Virus record (IMG/VR): IMGVR_UViG_3300036985_005808
Coordinates: 1,932-65,931 of that record
DNA from: a virus
Taxonomy: Duplodnaviria; Caudoviricetes
Strand: one strand, 5' to 3'
Length of the DNA stretch: 64,000 nt
Position 1 is the stretch's first letter. Every line of letters starts with the position of its first letter. A model generated the notes under the pieces. The model did no database searches, was not told the DNA's origin, and saw only the letters and a program-made list of their open reading frames with translations. Position numbers and translations under genes: made by a program. Below, piece by piece: positions 48,801-56,237 of this stretch.

Positions 48801-51653
48801 GGAATCGGCTATCCTGGAGTTCAAGTGTGGGGAGAATATTTTCTTGGAAATGGCCCAGACGTTGTTGAATTTCAGTGTACCAATACCAGCAGCACTAACA
48901 ATCAAATCACTTGCACAAACACCCTGGGATTGCAAGCAAATTCACCTGTGAGATTTTCTGGAACTGTGATTGGCGGCATTGTGCAGTCAACTGATTATTT
49001 TATAAAAACCGTGGTGGATCAAACACAGTTTACCATATCAACTGAGATTGGTGGATTTGATCTGGTACTGACCACTGCCAGTGGATCCATGCAAGCAATT
49101 TCTTTGCCACCCATAGATGCCACCTATGCCAGCAGTTTTGCCGATGTGTATCTTGGCACCCGCTACAGTGATATCAACATAGACGGTGGTGAATTTATAG
49201 GGACTTACGAAGGACATGCTCCGGAAGAATTGATAAATGGCGCAGAATTTGACACTCTTGACATGCGAGTGTACACACGCCCAGGGTCAGACTGGTCGTT
49301 GTTTGATAACACTGCCGGATATGATGGACACGGATTTCAAATAACAAGCAACAGATACACTTATTCCATACTGTTTCCTCTGTTGTCTTGGGCCGGGTTA
49401 GTTGAAAATCCTGTGCAAATCCAAGTGAGTGATGTGTCTACCGGATTGTCATTGGCAGTTGATGTGGATTACACTGTTGATTGGGTTGCTCGTACTGTTA
49501 GTATAGTTGACTCTGGGCGTGATGGTCATGTTATAAACATCTCAGTGTACGAAGTTGGCGGCGGCAGCCAATTGTATCGGCAAAATTACATTGGTAATGA
49601 TGTAGGCAATATATTGATTGTACCTGTGTCATCCGTTGAGATTTACGATCCAGTGCTATTTGTCAACGGAGTTTATACTGAGATTGACAGCTGGGAAGCA
49701 TACTATCCCGCAGACCAATGGAATCAATTGGTTGCATATACCAAATTGACAGTGGTGTATACCACTGGACCTGTGAGTTATTATCGTGCATTACAAAATG
49801 TAATTGCTGGTATAGCAATCACAAACACAGATTATTGGCAAGCATTTGTACCAACCACATTAAGCAAGATATCACTTGCTGCTACCTATATCAGCACCGA
49901 TGCGTTGAACTTGACAGTGTTGGGGTTTACAACACCCATACAATATTCATGGAGTACTCCGCAAACTGAAAACTTTGTGGTAACTCCAACTATCAATGTT
50001 AGTAAAACAGTTACTCTTGCCAACTCATTATCGGGTACCAATATTCCCAATTTAGTTGTGACTCTAGATGGAATTAGATTACGGCCATATGAAGGTATTG
50101 AATGGACAGGCGACGGCACAACCGTTAGTTTTGGATTGCCACAACGTGGTGGATACCAACAAAGTCAAATCAATGCTGCAACTGACGTAACAGTGTATAT
50201 TGACACTGTATTGCAAACTCCTGGAGTTGCATACGGGGTAACCAATTGGGACGGAAGCAACACACCAGGGCGACAAGTTGTGTTTGTAACCGCACCAGCC
50301 ATTGGCGCACAAATTTTAATTTCAGTTAGCACAGTGGCAGCATATCTTGTGGTTGGCAATCAGTTGCAGTTGGTCAGTCAGCCATTGGTTGGTGCAATTT
50401 TATCAGTCACAAGTTTCAATGATACAAGTCAGCAGTTGATCCTAACACAAGTATATCAAGGTCCAGTGGTTGCTGGTGGTATACTGATTGAGGAAGCATA
50501 TGATAGCACAGTGTTTGATGCCGGGGCAGTTGATGATGCTGCTGGGTCGTATGATTATTCTGTTGGTGTGGTCCAATTGACAAATGATTTTGATCTTGGA
50601 ACAACAGGTGTTGATTCCAGTCGACTGATAGTCACATTAAATGGTAACCAACTGTTTGACGGGGCCAATTTCACCGTGCAAGGTCAATATGTTATACTAG
50701 CGTCTGGTACTATTGGCGCAAGTGACATTGTGGTAATTGAACAGTTTACCAACAGTGTGGTACCCGAAGCTATGACATTCCGTATATTCCAAGACATGCG
50801 AGGCATACAAGCTACTTACAGAATTACAGACAGTACCACCACCACTGTGTTACAAGATTTTACAGCCACTGCCAATGTTGCATACATGGCTGATGTTAGC
50901 AAATTGCCCACACCAGATTTGCCAAACGGAATATTTGGGATATGCACAATTGGCGGAGAACGCATCATGTATCGAGTGCTGGATACAGCAACAAACACCA
51001 TTTCGGGATTGTTAAGAGGCACTGCGGGCACCGCTGCTGACAATCATTATGTTGGACAAGCAGTGTATGACATGTCTCGCAGTAACTTGTTGCCTGAAAA
51101 TTATCAAAACTATGTGGTTAAAAACTCCACTTTAGGTGACGGCACAACCAGTGTGTTTTATGCTCCTGACATTGATGTTGCTGATTTTGCCGATAGTTCA
51201 ACGGAGAATCAATCCATTGAAGTGTACGTAGGCGGAGTAAAACAATACAAATACAGCGACACATCAGCAACCAGTCAATATCGTTGGATTTTAGGGCAAT
51301 TTGATCCAGTGACCATTGAATTTATAGTAGAAGATATGCCACAAACACACGCTGGTTCTTTTGTAATAGGTACTGAATATAGGATCACTTACGTAGGAAC
51401 TACTAACTTTGTTGCTATTGGTGCGCCAAGTAATACTGTAGGAGCAACATTTAACACAACAGGCGCTGGATCAGGAACAGGCACAGCAACTACTGGTTAT
51501 CCTGAATTACAAGCCCCTGTAGCCGGAGCAGATGTGACTATTCTTGTGCGGCAAGGAGTAACGTGGTATCAGCAAGCAGCAACCACTGCCAGCAACGGAA
51601 TAGCCTTACAAGAAACTACTACTAATGCTGCAAGGTTTCTTCAAGGCAATTGA
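36843..51653 (+). CDS. Giant (4936 aa) virion/baseplate protein with FG-GAP-like propeller repeats
   Basis: Uninterrupted ORF coupled to gp6 (TAATG); N-terminal FLPEIFQT..NKQFL.ATLDQL; repeated FGYSVA/YIGAP/VGAP motifs; IKEVKPYHVQIR. Confidence 0.85.
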   Translation: MAKIRSVDFLPEIFQTDVNKQFLAATLDQLIQEPKFKKTQGFIGRTVGPGVNPNDKYVIEPTVARTVYQLEPGIISLKPDTNIVDDAITYPGLLDSIDYQGGDSTRPDRLFSSEYYTWDPFVNWDAFINFSQYFWLPNGPDAVEVNATGVPLTNEFVVDRANGVYTMSDLQGNNPTVELVRGGNYTFQVAQNDKETVNYRVTNQGTTAYVIDFANNPTLTLTRGNTYVFNLNLTGVYPFYIKTLPTTGLTNIYSSGVTNNGAATGLITFVVPQDAPDILYYAASTQSNMQGQIIVIDGTPGTGPGFWIQAAPGISGTLPATPNISSRDVYGVTNNGEDLGTVEFNVPVKTAQDFYYQLPSVSGVDLVTDLKFNQINNIQVSTFLNTYGGIDGITALDGRTLIFNLPADDTESGGWLRTTYFDPLTAATANNDLPGSYDSLIFDQVSVIPPTDWYDVWRISYINSNGFEYIRLNKITVIAELTKFSILYGNTYASTGWFKNATGILEQIPLLTAAQDTLYYQDGTDPEIFGRIRLIEQTQSSTLYIEEILGKENYTSPNGVAFSNGLKVKFVGDISPSSYDNQEYYINGVGAAIELLPVTNFVTPETYVVNNNDSSLPIPEDSDYLTISRASPDLNAWTRSNRWFHIDVINATAEYNNIQVTVDNIYRAKRPIIEFRAGLRLYNMGTQGKQPVNVIDFEETDAFSNVEGSTSYSVDGYELVNGSRVIFAADEDANVRNKIWSVAFVVPDSIPPLIAQPIINLTLAQDGDVLYDQSTVCLDGSDLVGLTFWYDGIDWTQAQLKTKIQQAPLFNVYNSDEVSFGNAVTYPSSTFVGSKLFSYAQGTTGILDTVLQFPLQYLNLNNVGDIVFENNMYKDTFLYVRDNVSTSENISSGFAREYTTRTIYNQQLGWNTAATASQIRQQFKFIYDGQPLKLDIQSQSDGIVPAVKIYVGSKFKDPGTYVVQTGSDTTTITLDNTYALDDIIEVLALSDQTSQVAFYQVPINLENNPLNGNSEQFTLGTIRTHYESICENLILLNGPINGSNNTRDLGNIGPYGLIILQQSAPLTLAGYFNRSKDYNIFASLQYNAREYQKFKNLMLNEITTLSLQNYETPAEILTLATTNITSGRTETNPFYWSDMLPSGSVYTQTQYTVSLITTNVFDTVQTYNYTSANYLGLLVYKGQVLLTRGVDYVVATDGPRITISTALAVGDVITIQEFSATYGNFVPNTPTKLGLYPSFLPEIRLIKTTTGQSEVIVGHDGSQTPVFGDVRDQVLLEFETRIYNNIKLDGNPVPINVTDVIPGQFRDTGYTSAEVNAILNTDFLSYVGWNKLDFNTQSYKANNEFSWNYSGSQNKLTATQNLLGAWRGIYRYFYDTQDPAATPWEMLGFAIEPTWWQTVYGATPYTSDNLVLWDDLEAGIVADPAGSYVLPAYVRPGLSQVIPVDSQGNLLSPFNCVVGNYNDTTFQKSWSVGDGSPVESSWWNSSAYPFAVMRLLALTVPAKFYTLFADRDLYRYQSEFGQYLYNDRYRLDANGIEVYGNGTSKASYVDWIVDYNRVSGLDSTQNLTAALSSIDVRLCYRLASFSDKQYIKLYTEKSSPNSVNSTLQIPDESYDLLLYKNQPFDRVIYSSVVIQQVQGGYTVYGYSTTQPYFNILVSQLTGRLKPYTVGDVTIRVPTVYTQNVATVPYGYVFTNQTSVADFLLSYGQLLSQQGLEFTDRVNGYQLDWNQMVGEFLYWSQQGWGINSLINLNPLAGALTITKTGAVVDSVVAQTSENVLLDQNKKELSTRNINIVRLDNTMVLQPLTDQSLSFADLRFTNFEHMIVLNNKSVFGDLIYQPITGARQSRLSFTGTTTTEWNGTVDAQGFILNQDNVEEWTGLKKYTKGQIVKYKNQYWSALTIVNPATKFDFNQWVKSDYSQIELGLLPNIANKANQLQNSYSVNTANLENDNDILSYGLIGFRPREYMAALNLDDVSQVNVYSQFLGSKGTILSAELLSQANLGKESADYDIYENWAVQRAVYGANANRSFVELRLDRALLSSNPSLVQVIQPLQTSQADQPILLSDVWRQSYKLSSTQFLPTTLTQVTDIALPTAGYVNLEDADITTFDLGARSTIAANLNAVQVGATVWVAKVNNYDWDIYRCVSIPGFIDHICDNLDGTSIVNFTKPHNLTVGQRLIIKQFSMNVDGIYRVLTIDTVNRITIAYSFVAGQQTVVTGTGIGFILQTQRVSQASNIVDLPYTNDIQTGARVWVDNAGDGLWTVLEKQNQFTDVIELAPELLDATEQYGQSVTQARNRFAALVGSPRYGFPTGSEKGGVYVYVKNYADQYAPVSPIVGDAVLTLDISGVRGYGNAVDFGNQSWAAAGASKSLGPAGESDVGYAAVIFRDPVLGAPGSIPYVQWQLLVPPELPNTVVAGEFGYSVAVSSDERWMYIGAPGANKVYAYGQVDWQNQYVRAAGDGITTTYNIADTIQIGQATQLNVTIDGASQLINVDYTVAGDLSLVTFTTAPTAAAVINIARISKKNIDANYYYSVTQTTTSGSGSGAEFTIYRQRNEVGQPGATYGEVGVTSGGSGYVVTDTITFASSKFGGTANLVLTVASIGPGGAVVTFTIAYSPAGLTSTFSLNEYFFTATDIYSFSVYVDGVLYRPILDYDFDADSSSIADLDLTFVLPDGTTPINATTYPAAGTLITIQAKAYYEYVDTLTVSGLAVDARFGHSITTTTDGRQVLIGCKDEDIDTNVDAGSVYVFDRNVQRFIYGSDPISTTFTVLGTVADPVSVIVNNVFLINQTNAVIDAPDSFTVSGNDVTINSDLQVGDVIEIETNQFSQMQQINKDTVTEFTNFGQSVDICVYNCSLYVGAPQDSTDGWKSGSVQRSVNQSRVYGIITSTVVDPVLDNGDTIRVNNIDVAVPVAPNQNITGLAAAINATVPNVTATVSAGLLTIRVTNFDSAAPGNKLQVAPGSIGTTFEDLGFDTFVYTQSIYSPYPVDFAGFGSSISINDTADNLVVGAPRGTLYSVTEFDDDTTFFDDKSTIFFSIVTQSGAVYTYDYLHSADESVSNPGMFAFGLQIYDTNIYPYDTYGTAVSYVDGVLMVGAPGNDATADDSSGSNYGRVFVSENPTRTPAWVPIRVQQPVVDIRLLNSVFMYDRLTSARTEQFDFFDPLQGKILGAARQNIDYISGIDPAAYNVGSNSSTGNRWTAEHVGEIWWNIGMVRFIDPNQDDIVYASRRWGQVFPGSSIDMYQWTQSSVPPGLYTGPGTPQNILSYTVNSQLGIDGVFNTYYYFWVRGLLTVSSKQGKTLAAQTVANYIENPKASGIPYIAPVNASTVAIYNATDVIQASDTIINIEFDREYTDSNVHVEYELIAQDKADGFLSNNLYRKLQDSLCGIDTAGNIVPDPNLNPAERYGVQFRPRQSMFVDRYEALKNYITRANTVFARYPMAENKNFALLNSSELEPSSSTGSQVNWNLRVANLEILGFQNIDIVPLGYKYLVASDSLNNGLWTIYVVQYGQGVLSAVRELALIQVQNYDTKRYWSYVNWYLPGYNSSTAVIAEVPNYSALATLSLAVGSSVRVTANAQGKFEIYLLTDIRWERVGLESGTIELSAELYNYSLGRFGFDVEVFDAQYFDQEPVIETRKIIQAINEELFVGELLIERNKSLMLMFNFVLSEFSAPEWLVKTSLIDVDHRIRNLEPFQNYRQDNQEFVLDYIKEVKPYHVQIREFNLLYNGQDSYAGDMSDFDVPAYYNTNLVVPQYTSPILNIDDTTDPRYQQPYLHATAQQDNISSDTSPNSLVWQAWPYSQWYNNYLLTLQSIRVVNAGSGYTEAPTVTIVGDAETPATATAFLNSQGQLSFITVIDAGSGYYATPTVEFSGGNGSAAQAYAVMGNDLVRSFKTVIKYDRYQYQTNIQSWSADGTYQDGMRVRYDNRVWQATSSDSTAVIGPTFDLEDWVLVPAGELSGVDRTMGYYTPGVNEPGLDLPLLIDGIGYPGVQVWGEYFLGNGPDVVEFQCTNTSSTNNQITCTNTLGLQANSPVRFSGTVIGGIVQSTDYFIKTVVDQTQFTISTEIGGFDLVLTTASGSMQAISLPPIDATYASSFADVYLGTRYSDINIDGGEFIGTYEGHAPEELINGAEFDTLDMRVYTRPGSDWSLFDNTAGYDGHGFQITSNRYTYSILFPLLSWAGLVENPVQIQVSDVSTGLSLAVDVDYTVDWVARTVSIVDSGRDGHVINISVYEVGGGSQLYRQNYIGNDVGNILIVPVSSVEIYDPVLFVNGVYTEIDSWEAYYPADQWNQLVAYTKLTVVYTTGPVSYYRALQNVIAGIAITNTDYWQAFVPTTLSKISLAATYISTDALNLTVLGFTTPIQYSWSTPQTENFVVTPTINVSKTVTLANSLSGTNIPNLVVTLDGIRLRPYEGIEWTGDGTTVSFGLPQRGGYQQSQINAATDVTVYIDTVLQTPGVAYGVTNWDGSNTPGRQVVFVTAPAIGAQILISVSTVAAYLVVGNQLQLVSQPLVGAILSVTSFNDTSQQLILTQVYQGPVVAGGILIEEAYDSTVFDAGAVDDAAGSYDYSVGVVQLTNDFDLGTTGVDSSRLIVTLNGNQLFDGANFTVQGQYVILASGTIGASDIVVIEQFTNSVVPEAMTFRIFQDMRGIQATYRITDSTTTTVLQDFTATANVAYMADVSKLPTPDLPNGIFGICTIGGERIMYRVLDTATNTISGLLRGTAGTAADNHYVGQAVYDMSRSNLLPENYQNYVVKNSTLGDGTTSVFYAPDIDVADFADSSTENQSIEVYVGGVKQYKYSDTSATSQYRWILGQFDPVTIEFIVEDMPQTHAGSFVIGTEYRITYVGTTNFVAIGAPSNTVGATFNTTGAGSGTGTATTGYPELQAPVAGADVTILVRQGVTWYQQAATTASNGIALQETTTNAARFLQGN

Positions 51654-51672
51654 CACAGATAAATAAAAGACC

Positions 51673-51828
51673 ATGCCAAATATTGTAAATCCGCCAAAAG
51701 TTGTATCACAGATACCGTTGCCATCTCTGCCAAAAAAGCCCAATGAAACTGGGACAATTTCAGTGCAATCTTATTTTAGAATTTCTGACCCAGCAACCGA
51801 AAAAACCATTGTGGAGGGGCGAGGATGA
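51673..51828 (+). CDS. Small 51-aa protein below the ORF-track cutoff
   Basis: MPNIVNPPKVVSQIPLPSLPKKPNETGTISVQSYFRISDPATEKTIVEGRG*; ATAAATA at 51659-51665; ATGA overlap with the next gene. Confidence 0.7.
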   Translation: MPNIVNPPKVVSQIPLPSLPKKPNETGTISVQSYFRISDPATEKTIVEGRG

Positions 51829-52430
51829 TAACTCCAGGATTCTGTAAAATTGAAGGGTTTGTAAAAATATATGACCCAGTTACTGGTGAGATTCTTGTGA
51901 ATAAAAAGAATGCAATCCATTACGAAAATATCTCAATTGCCATGGCGCAAACATTGGCAGATCGAAACACTGGGTATATCTATCTAATGGCGTTTGGCAA
52001 CGGAGGATCAAGTGTGGATCCAACTGGCGTTATTACATATTTGCCCCCAAATACCACCGGTCAAAATGCTGATCTGTACAATGAAACCTATGCCAAAGTG
52101 GTCAACGATAATTCAGCAGCTGACACAGATCCCGAAAACAACAAAATGACAGTGTTACACACATCGGGCAATGTATATACAGATATTCTAGTTCAGTGTT
52201 TGTTGGATTACGGTGAACCACCTGAACAGCAAGCGTTTGATAACAGTACAAATTTCAACGGAGAGTTTGTGTTTGACGAATTGGGACTAAAATCGTGGAA
52301 TGGCAGTGTGGATGACCTACGTTTGATCACGCATGTGATTTTTCATCCAGTACAAAAGAGTTTGAATCGACAGATTCAAATTGACTATACATTACGTATA
52401 CAGACTTTGAGCAATATCAATGCTGTATAA
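51825..52430 (+). CDS. Conserved virion/baseplate protein
   Basis: NAIHYEN, MAFGNGG, LDYGEP, VFDELGL, LITHVIFHPVQKSLNR; GGAGG RBS. Confidence 0.7.
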   Translation: MITPGFCKIEGFVKIYDPVTGEILVNKKNAIHYENISIAMAQTLADRNTGYIYLMAFGNGGSSVDPTGVITYLPPNTTGQNADLYNETYAKVVNDNSAADTDPENNKMTVLHTSGNVYTDILVQCLLDYGEPPEQQAFDNSTNFNGEFVFDELGLKSWNGSVDDLRLITHVIFHPVQKSLNRQIQIDYTLRIQTLSNINAV

Positions 52431-52459
52431 ATATTGAAAACAGGGAACAGGTAACTGAC

Positions 52460-55189
52460 ATGGCATATACAATCAATCTCACCGACGGAACGGTTTTTGC
52501 AACAATTCCAGATGGTACCACCAACAATGCAACCAGTGCATTGGTATTGGTAGGTAAAAACTACGCTGGTTACGGCGAATTTCTTGACGAAAACTTTGTG
52601 CATGTGCTGGAAAATTCAGCAAATACCACAGCACCAACGTCACCATTGACTGGACAACTTTGGTGGGACAAAACAAATTTCCTACTTAAAGTTTATAATG
52701 GTACTATCTGGAAAACAATTTCAGCTGCCACTGCCAGCAGCTCTCAACCCACATCAAACGTCACCGGCGATCTATGGTATGATACCACTAACCAGCAATT
52801 AAAAGTATACACAGGCAGCAGTTTTATCGTGGTAGGACCTGCTTATACCAGTAGTGAAGGTACTGCTGGTGCAATTCCAGGATCGGTAAATGATTCGGGT
52901 GGCTCACCACATTTTATTACCAGTCTGTATGTAAACAACACACAAATAGCCATTGTGAGTGTGGACGCTGCATTTACTCCAGCTGCTCCTACCAATACCA
53001 ATTTTCCCACAATCTACCCGGGTATCACAGTTACTAAATCTGCAGCAAGTACCTTGGCTGGCAATGTGGTCAACACAGGTAACTTGACACTCACTGCTGC
53101 CGGCGCAACCACAGTCACAGTCACATCAACCGGAGCCAATATTGCTGGATACATGAACAGTACTGGAAATATTACCGGAGCCAATGTTTTAGGTGGCGCC
53201 AATGTCAATGCCACATTGCATTCGGGTACCACAGTCAGTGTAACTGGAGTCATTACAGGTGCAAGTGTAGTTGGTGGAGTCATCACCGGCACAAGTAGCA
53301 GTGTGAGTGGTATCGTAACTGGTGCAAGTGTAGTTGGTGGGGTTATCACCGGTGCCAGTTCCAGTGTTACGGGTATCGTAACTGGTGCAAGCGTTGTGGG
53401 TGGAGTCATCACTGGATCTAGTGTTAGTTTGAGTGGAAATGTACAAGCTGGCAATGTACGCACTGGAGGATTGCTCAGTACCACTGGTAATATTACAAGT
53501 GCTGGTAATGTGGATGCTGGGTTTTATTTAGGAAATGGAAGTCTGTTAACTGGACTTAGTTCTGCAGTTTCGGTAACTAAAATTGTCAACGGAACAACCG
53601 AAGCCAACGCAGTGAGTTCAGGAGGCAATATTGCCTTTACTGTTGGTGGCACATCCAACGTCATGGTCGTGGCAACCACTGGTATTGCAGTAACTGGATT
53701 TAGCACACCTGCTATTGTAAAAACTGGCACCAATGCAGTTGGTAATATTGGTGCTGTGGGATCTTATTTTAACGCAGTATTTGCCGATAATTATAATGGT
53801 GCAAGTGTTGTTGGTGGAGTTATTACAGGAACCAGCGTTAGTGTCAGTGGATCGGTAAGTGCTCCTTCCCATCTAGGAACATCGGTAAGTGTAACTGGTA
53901 CCATAACAGGTGCAAGTGTAGTCGGCGGAGTTATCACAGGAAGCAGTAGCAGTGTTACAGGTATTGTAACCGGTGCAAGTGTTGTGGGTGGAGTTATTAC
54001 TGGCACAAGTTCCAGTGTTACAGGTATTGTGACAGGTGCAAGTGTGGTTGGTGGAGTTATTACTGGCACAAGTTCAAGCGTTACAGGTATTGTGACAGGT
54101 GCAAGTGTGGTTGGTGGAGTTATCACAGGATCGAGTTCCAGCGTTACAGGTATCGTAACCGGTGCGTCAGTAGTGGGTGGAGTGATTACTGGAAGCAGTA
54201 GCAGTGTTACAGGTATCGTTACAGGTGCAAGTGTGGTAGGTGGAGTTATCACCGGCACCACTGTCAGTGTCACTGGAAACATTACTGGCAATTACATCTT
54301 GGGCAACGGCAGCCAATTGACTGGCGTAACAGCATCAGGTGTTGCTGCAAGTGCGTTGACAGGCAGCACAATGAGTTCTAATGTAACTATTTCTAGCTTG
54401 ACCACAGTTGGCACATTGGGATCATTGGCCGTAACTGGAAATATCACCAGTGGCAATGTGCAAGGCACATTGCATTCAGGTACCACAGTCAGCGTGACTG
54501 GTGTCATTACAGGTGCAAGTGTTGTGGGTGGAGTTATCACAGGATCGAGTTCCAGTGTTACAGGTATCGTAACCGGTGCAAGTGTTGTGGGTGGAGTTAT
54601 CACAGGAACCAGCGTCAGTGTCAGTGGATCGGTAAGTGCTCCTTCCCATCTGGGAACATCGGTAAGTGTAACTGGTACCATAATCAGCGATGGTGCAGCG
54701 TCGTTTCCAAGCATTACACATACTGGAACCAACGCCGTGGGTAATATTGGCAGTAGTAGTAGTTATTTCAACCAAGTTTTTGCCACTGCTACCACAGCAT
54801 TGTACGCCGACGTTGCAGAACGGTTTGAAGCAGACGAACAATTGGAATCAGGTACCGTGGTTGAACTGGGCGGATTAAAAGAAATAACCAAATCAATGAA
54901 CGAATTAAGTGAAAATGTATTTGGAGTCATAAGTACAAGACCGGCATACACCATGAATGGTGGTGCTGGCGAAAATGATACCCACCCTCCCGTTGCAATG
55001 ACTGGGCGTGTGCCTGTAAAAGTTACAGGACGCATCAACAAAGGTGACAGATTGGTAAGTGCTGGCTCGGGCTTGGCTCGTGCCGCCCAACCAGGCGAAG
55101 CAACTAGTTTTAACGTGATTGGGAGATCTTTAGTAAATAAACCAACTATGGGTCTCGGGGTTGTTGAAGCTATCGTTACCATAACTTAA
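52460..55189 (+). CDS. Tail fibre protein with 21-aa repeats and C-terminal intramolecular-chaperone-like domain
   Basis: LVGKNYAGYGE..ENFVHVLEN, GQLWWD/GDLWYD; C-terminal YADVAERFEAD...GTVV...VAMTGRVPVKV...KGDRLVS; TATAAATA at 52426-52433. Confidence 0.85.
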   Translation: MAYTINLTDGTVFATIPDGTTNNATSALVLVGKNYAGYGEFLDENFVHVLENSANTTAPTSPLTGQLWWDKTNFLLKVYNGTIWKTISAATASSSQPTSNVTGDLWYDTTNQQLKVYTGSSFIVVGPAYTSSEGTAGAIPGSVNDSGGSPHFITSLYVNNTQIAIVSVDAAFTPAAPTNTNFPTIYPGITVTKSAASTLAGNVVNTGNLTLTAAGATTVTVTSTGANIAGYMNSTGNITGANVLGGANVNATLHSGTTVSVTGVITGASVVGGVITGTSSSVSGIVTGASVVGGVITGASSSVTGIVTGASVVGGVITGSSVSLSGNVQAGNVRTGGLLSTTGNITSAGNVDAGFYLGNGSLLTGLSSAVSVTKIVNGTTEANAVSSGGNIAFTVGGTSNVMVVATTGIAVTGFSTPAIVKTGTNAVGNIGAVGSYFNAVFADNYNGASVVGGVITGTSVSVSGSVSAPSHLGTSVSVTGTITGASVVGGVITGSSSSVTGIVTGASVVGGVITGTSSSVTGIVTGASVVGGVITGTSSSVTGIVTGASVVGGVITGSSSSVTGIVTGASVVGGVITGSSSSVTGIVTGASVVGGVITGTTVSVTGNITGNYILGNGSQLTGVTASGVAASALTGSTMSSNVTISSLTTVGTLGSLAVTGNITSGNVQGTLHSGTTVSVTGVITGASVVGGVITGSSSSVTGIVTGASVVGGVITGTSVSVSGSVSAPSHLGTSVSVTGTIISDGAASFPSITHTGTNAVGNIGSSSSYFNQVFATATTALYADVAERFEADEQLESGTVVELGGLKEITKSMNELSENVFGVISTRPAYTMNGGAGENDTHPPVAMTGRVPVKVTGRINKGDRLVSAGSGLARAAQPGEATSFNVIGRSLVNKPTMGLGVVEAIVTIT
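53225..54685 (+). repeat. Twelve copies of GASVVGGVITG, mostly in 63-bp (21-aa) tandem units
   Basis: Counted in the translation; three blocks. Confidence 0.9.
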
Positions 55190-55202
55190 TCAGGATTAGA
55201 AA

Positions 55203-56168
55203 ATGACATACACAGCAGGCAGTACAATTGTAGCCACAGACTACAATGGGTTTGTTAATGACACAGCAGGAGCCAATGTCAACGGCATCTGGGCTACTGG
55301 TGCAACAGATAAAGGGTGGGGGCAAACAGCAATATCCACGGTGGCAGCCACAAACACTATCACTGCCGCGCAATGGGCCAGTTTAGTCAATATATTGTCT
55401 ATTATGGGCAGTCAAACCAACACTGCACTCACATCAAGATCAGCACCCACTGCTGGTACTACTATTAGTATTTTGTCAGCACTAAACACTGACTTAACAA
55501 ACTGTACTACCAATCGTGGAAATGCTGCGGGCCTTGGCTCACAGTATACCGGCTGGACCGGAACCAATAGCCAAACCGCCAACTGGGCTGGTGTCGTTCT
55601 CACTTTTACCAACACAGTGACATTTCCCAGCGCCGCGGCGGCCAGATATTTTTGGAACGCCGGAGGATTGGTCAAGATTCAGGTGAGCAAAACTTCAACC
55701 GGTAACACTGGTGACGCTGAATGGAATGACCTGGCAAACACATTGTGTGGTGCAATTTGGATTTCTGGACGAGTCAACGGTGCCGCACAAACCATTGCTG
55801 GTACCAGTTATTCCGGCACAAAAAAAATAGGCGGAACTGGTACGCCTGACACCTTGGCCACAACCACAGGATGGTATGATTTGACAGCCGGCGGGGGTGC
55901 TACACTTGTATACAAACAATTTGCAGATACTGCTCCATACACAGCAAATTATATTAAACACACCATAGCCAAGAACTTTGGTGCAACCACATTGACAATC
56001 CAGACCCAGTGGTCCAATGGGGAAGGTGACACAGTTTCGGGCGGTACTGCTGCCAGTGGTGCCACACCCGGCACTGCGCCTTGCACAATTGTAACATACT
56101 ACCCGCCAAGCACCACATATCTAACTAATAGTTGGGGCACTCCCACAGTGGGAGCAACCACAGCTTAA
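55203..56168 (+). CDS. Thr/Gly-rich virion structural protein
   Basis: YTAGSTIVATDYN, KGWGQ, ARYFWNAGG motifs; last gene before a terminator. Confidence 0.7.
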   Translation: MTYTAGSTIVATDYNGFVNDTAGANVNGIWATGATDKGWGQTAISTVAATNTITAAQWASLVNILSIMGSQTNTALTSRSAPTAGTTISILSALNTDLTNCTTNRGNAAGLGSQYTGWTGTNSQTANWAGVVLTFTNTVTFPSAAAARYFWNAGGLVKIQVSKTSTGNTGDAEWNDLANTLCGAIWISGRVNGAAQTIAGTSYSGTKKIGGTGTPDTLATTTGWYDLTAGGGATLVYKQFADTAPYTANYIKHTIAKNFGATTLTIQTQWSNGEGDTVSGGTAASGATPGTAPCTIVTYYPPSTTYLTNSWGTPTVGATTA

Positions 56169-56185
56169 TCTAGCCAAGATTACCA

Positions 56186-56211
56186 AAAGGGCCTGCGGGC
56201 CCTTTACTTTT
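56186..56211 (+). terminator. Intrinsic terminator ending the tail operon
   Basis: AAAGGGCC-TGCG-GGCCCTTT followed by ACTTTT. Confidence 0.75.
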
Positions 56212-56237
56212 GTTGCAAATACCTGTATACTATACAC

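Noticed and set aside
53014-54732. Antisense (PVITPPTTLA)n ORFs
   Set aside because: Mirror of the fibre repeats; no promoter or RBS support
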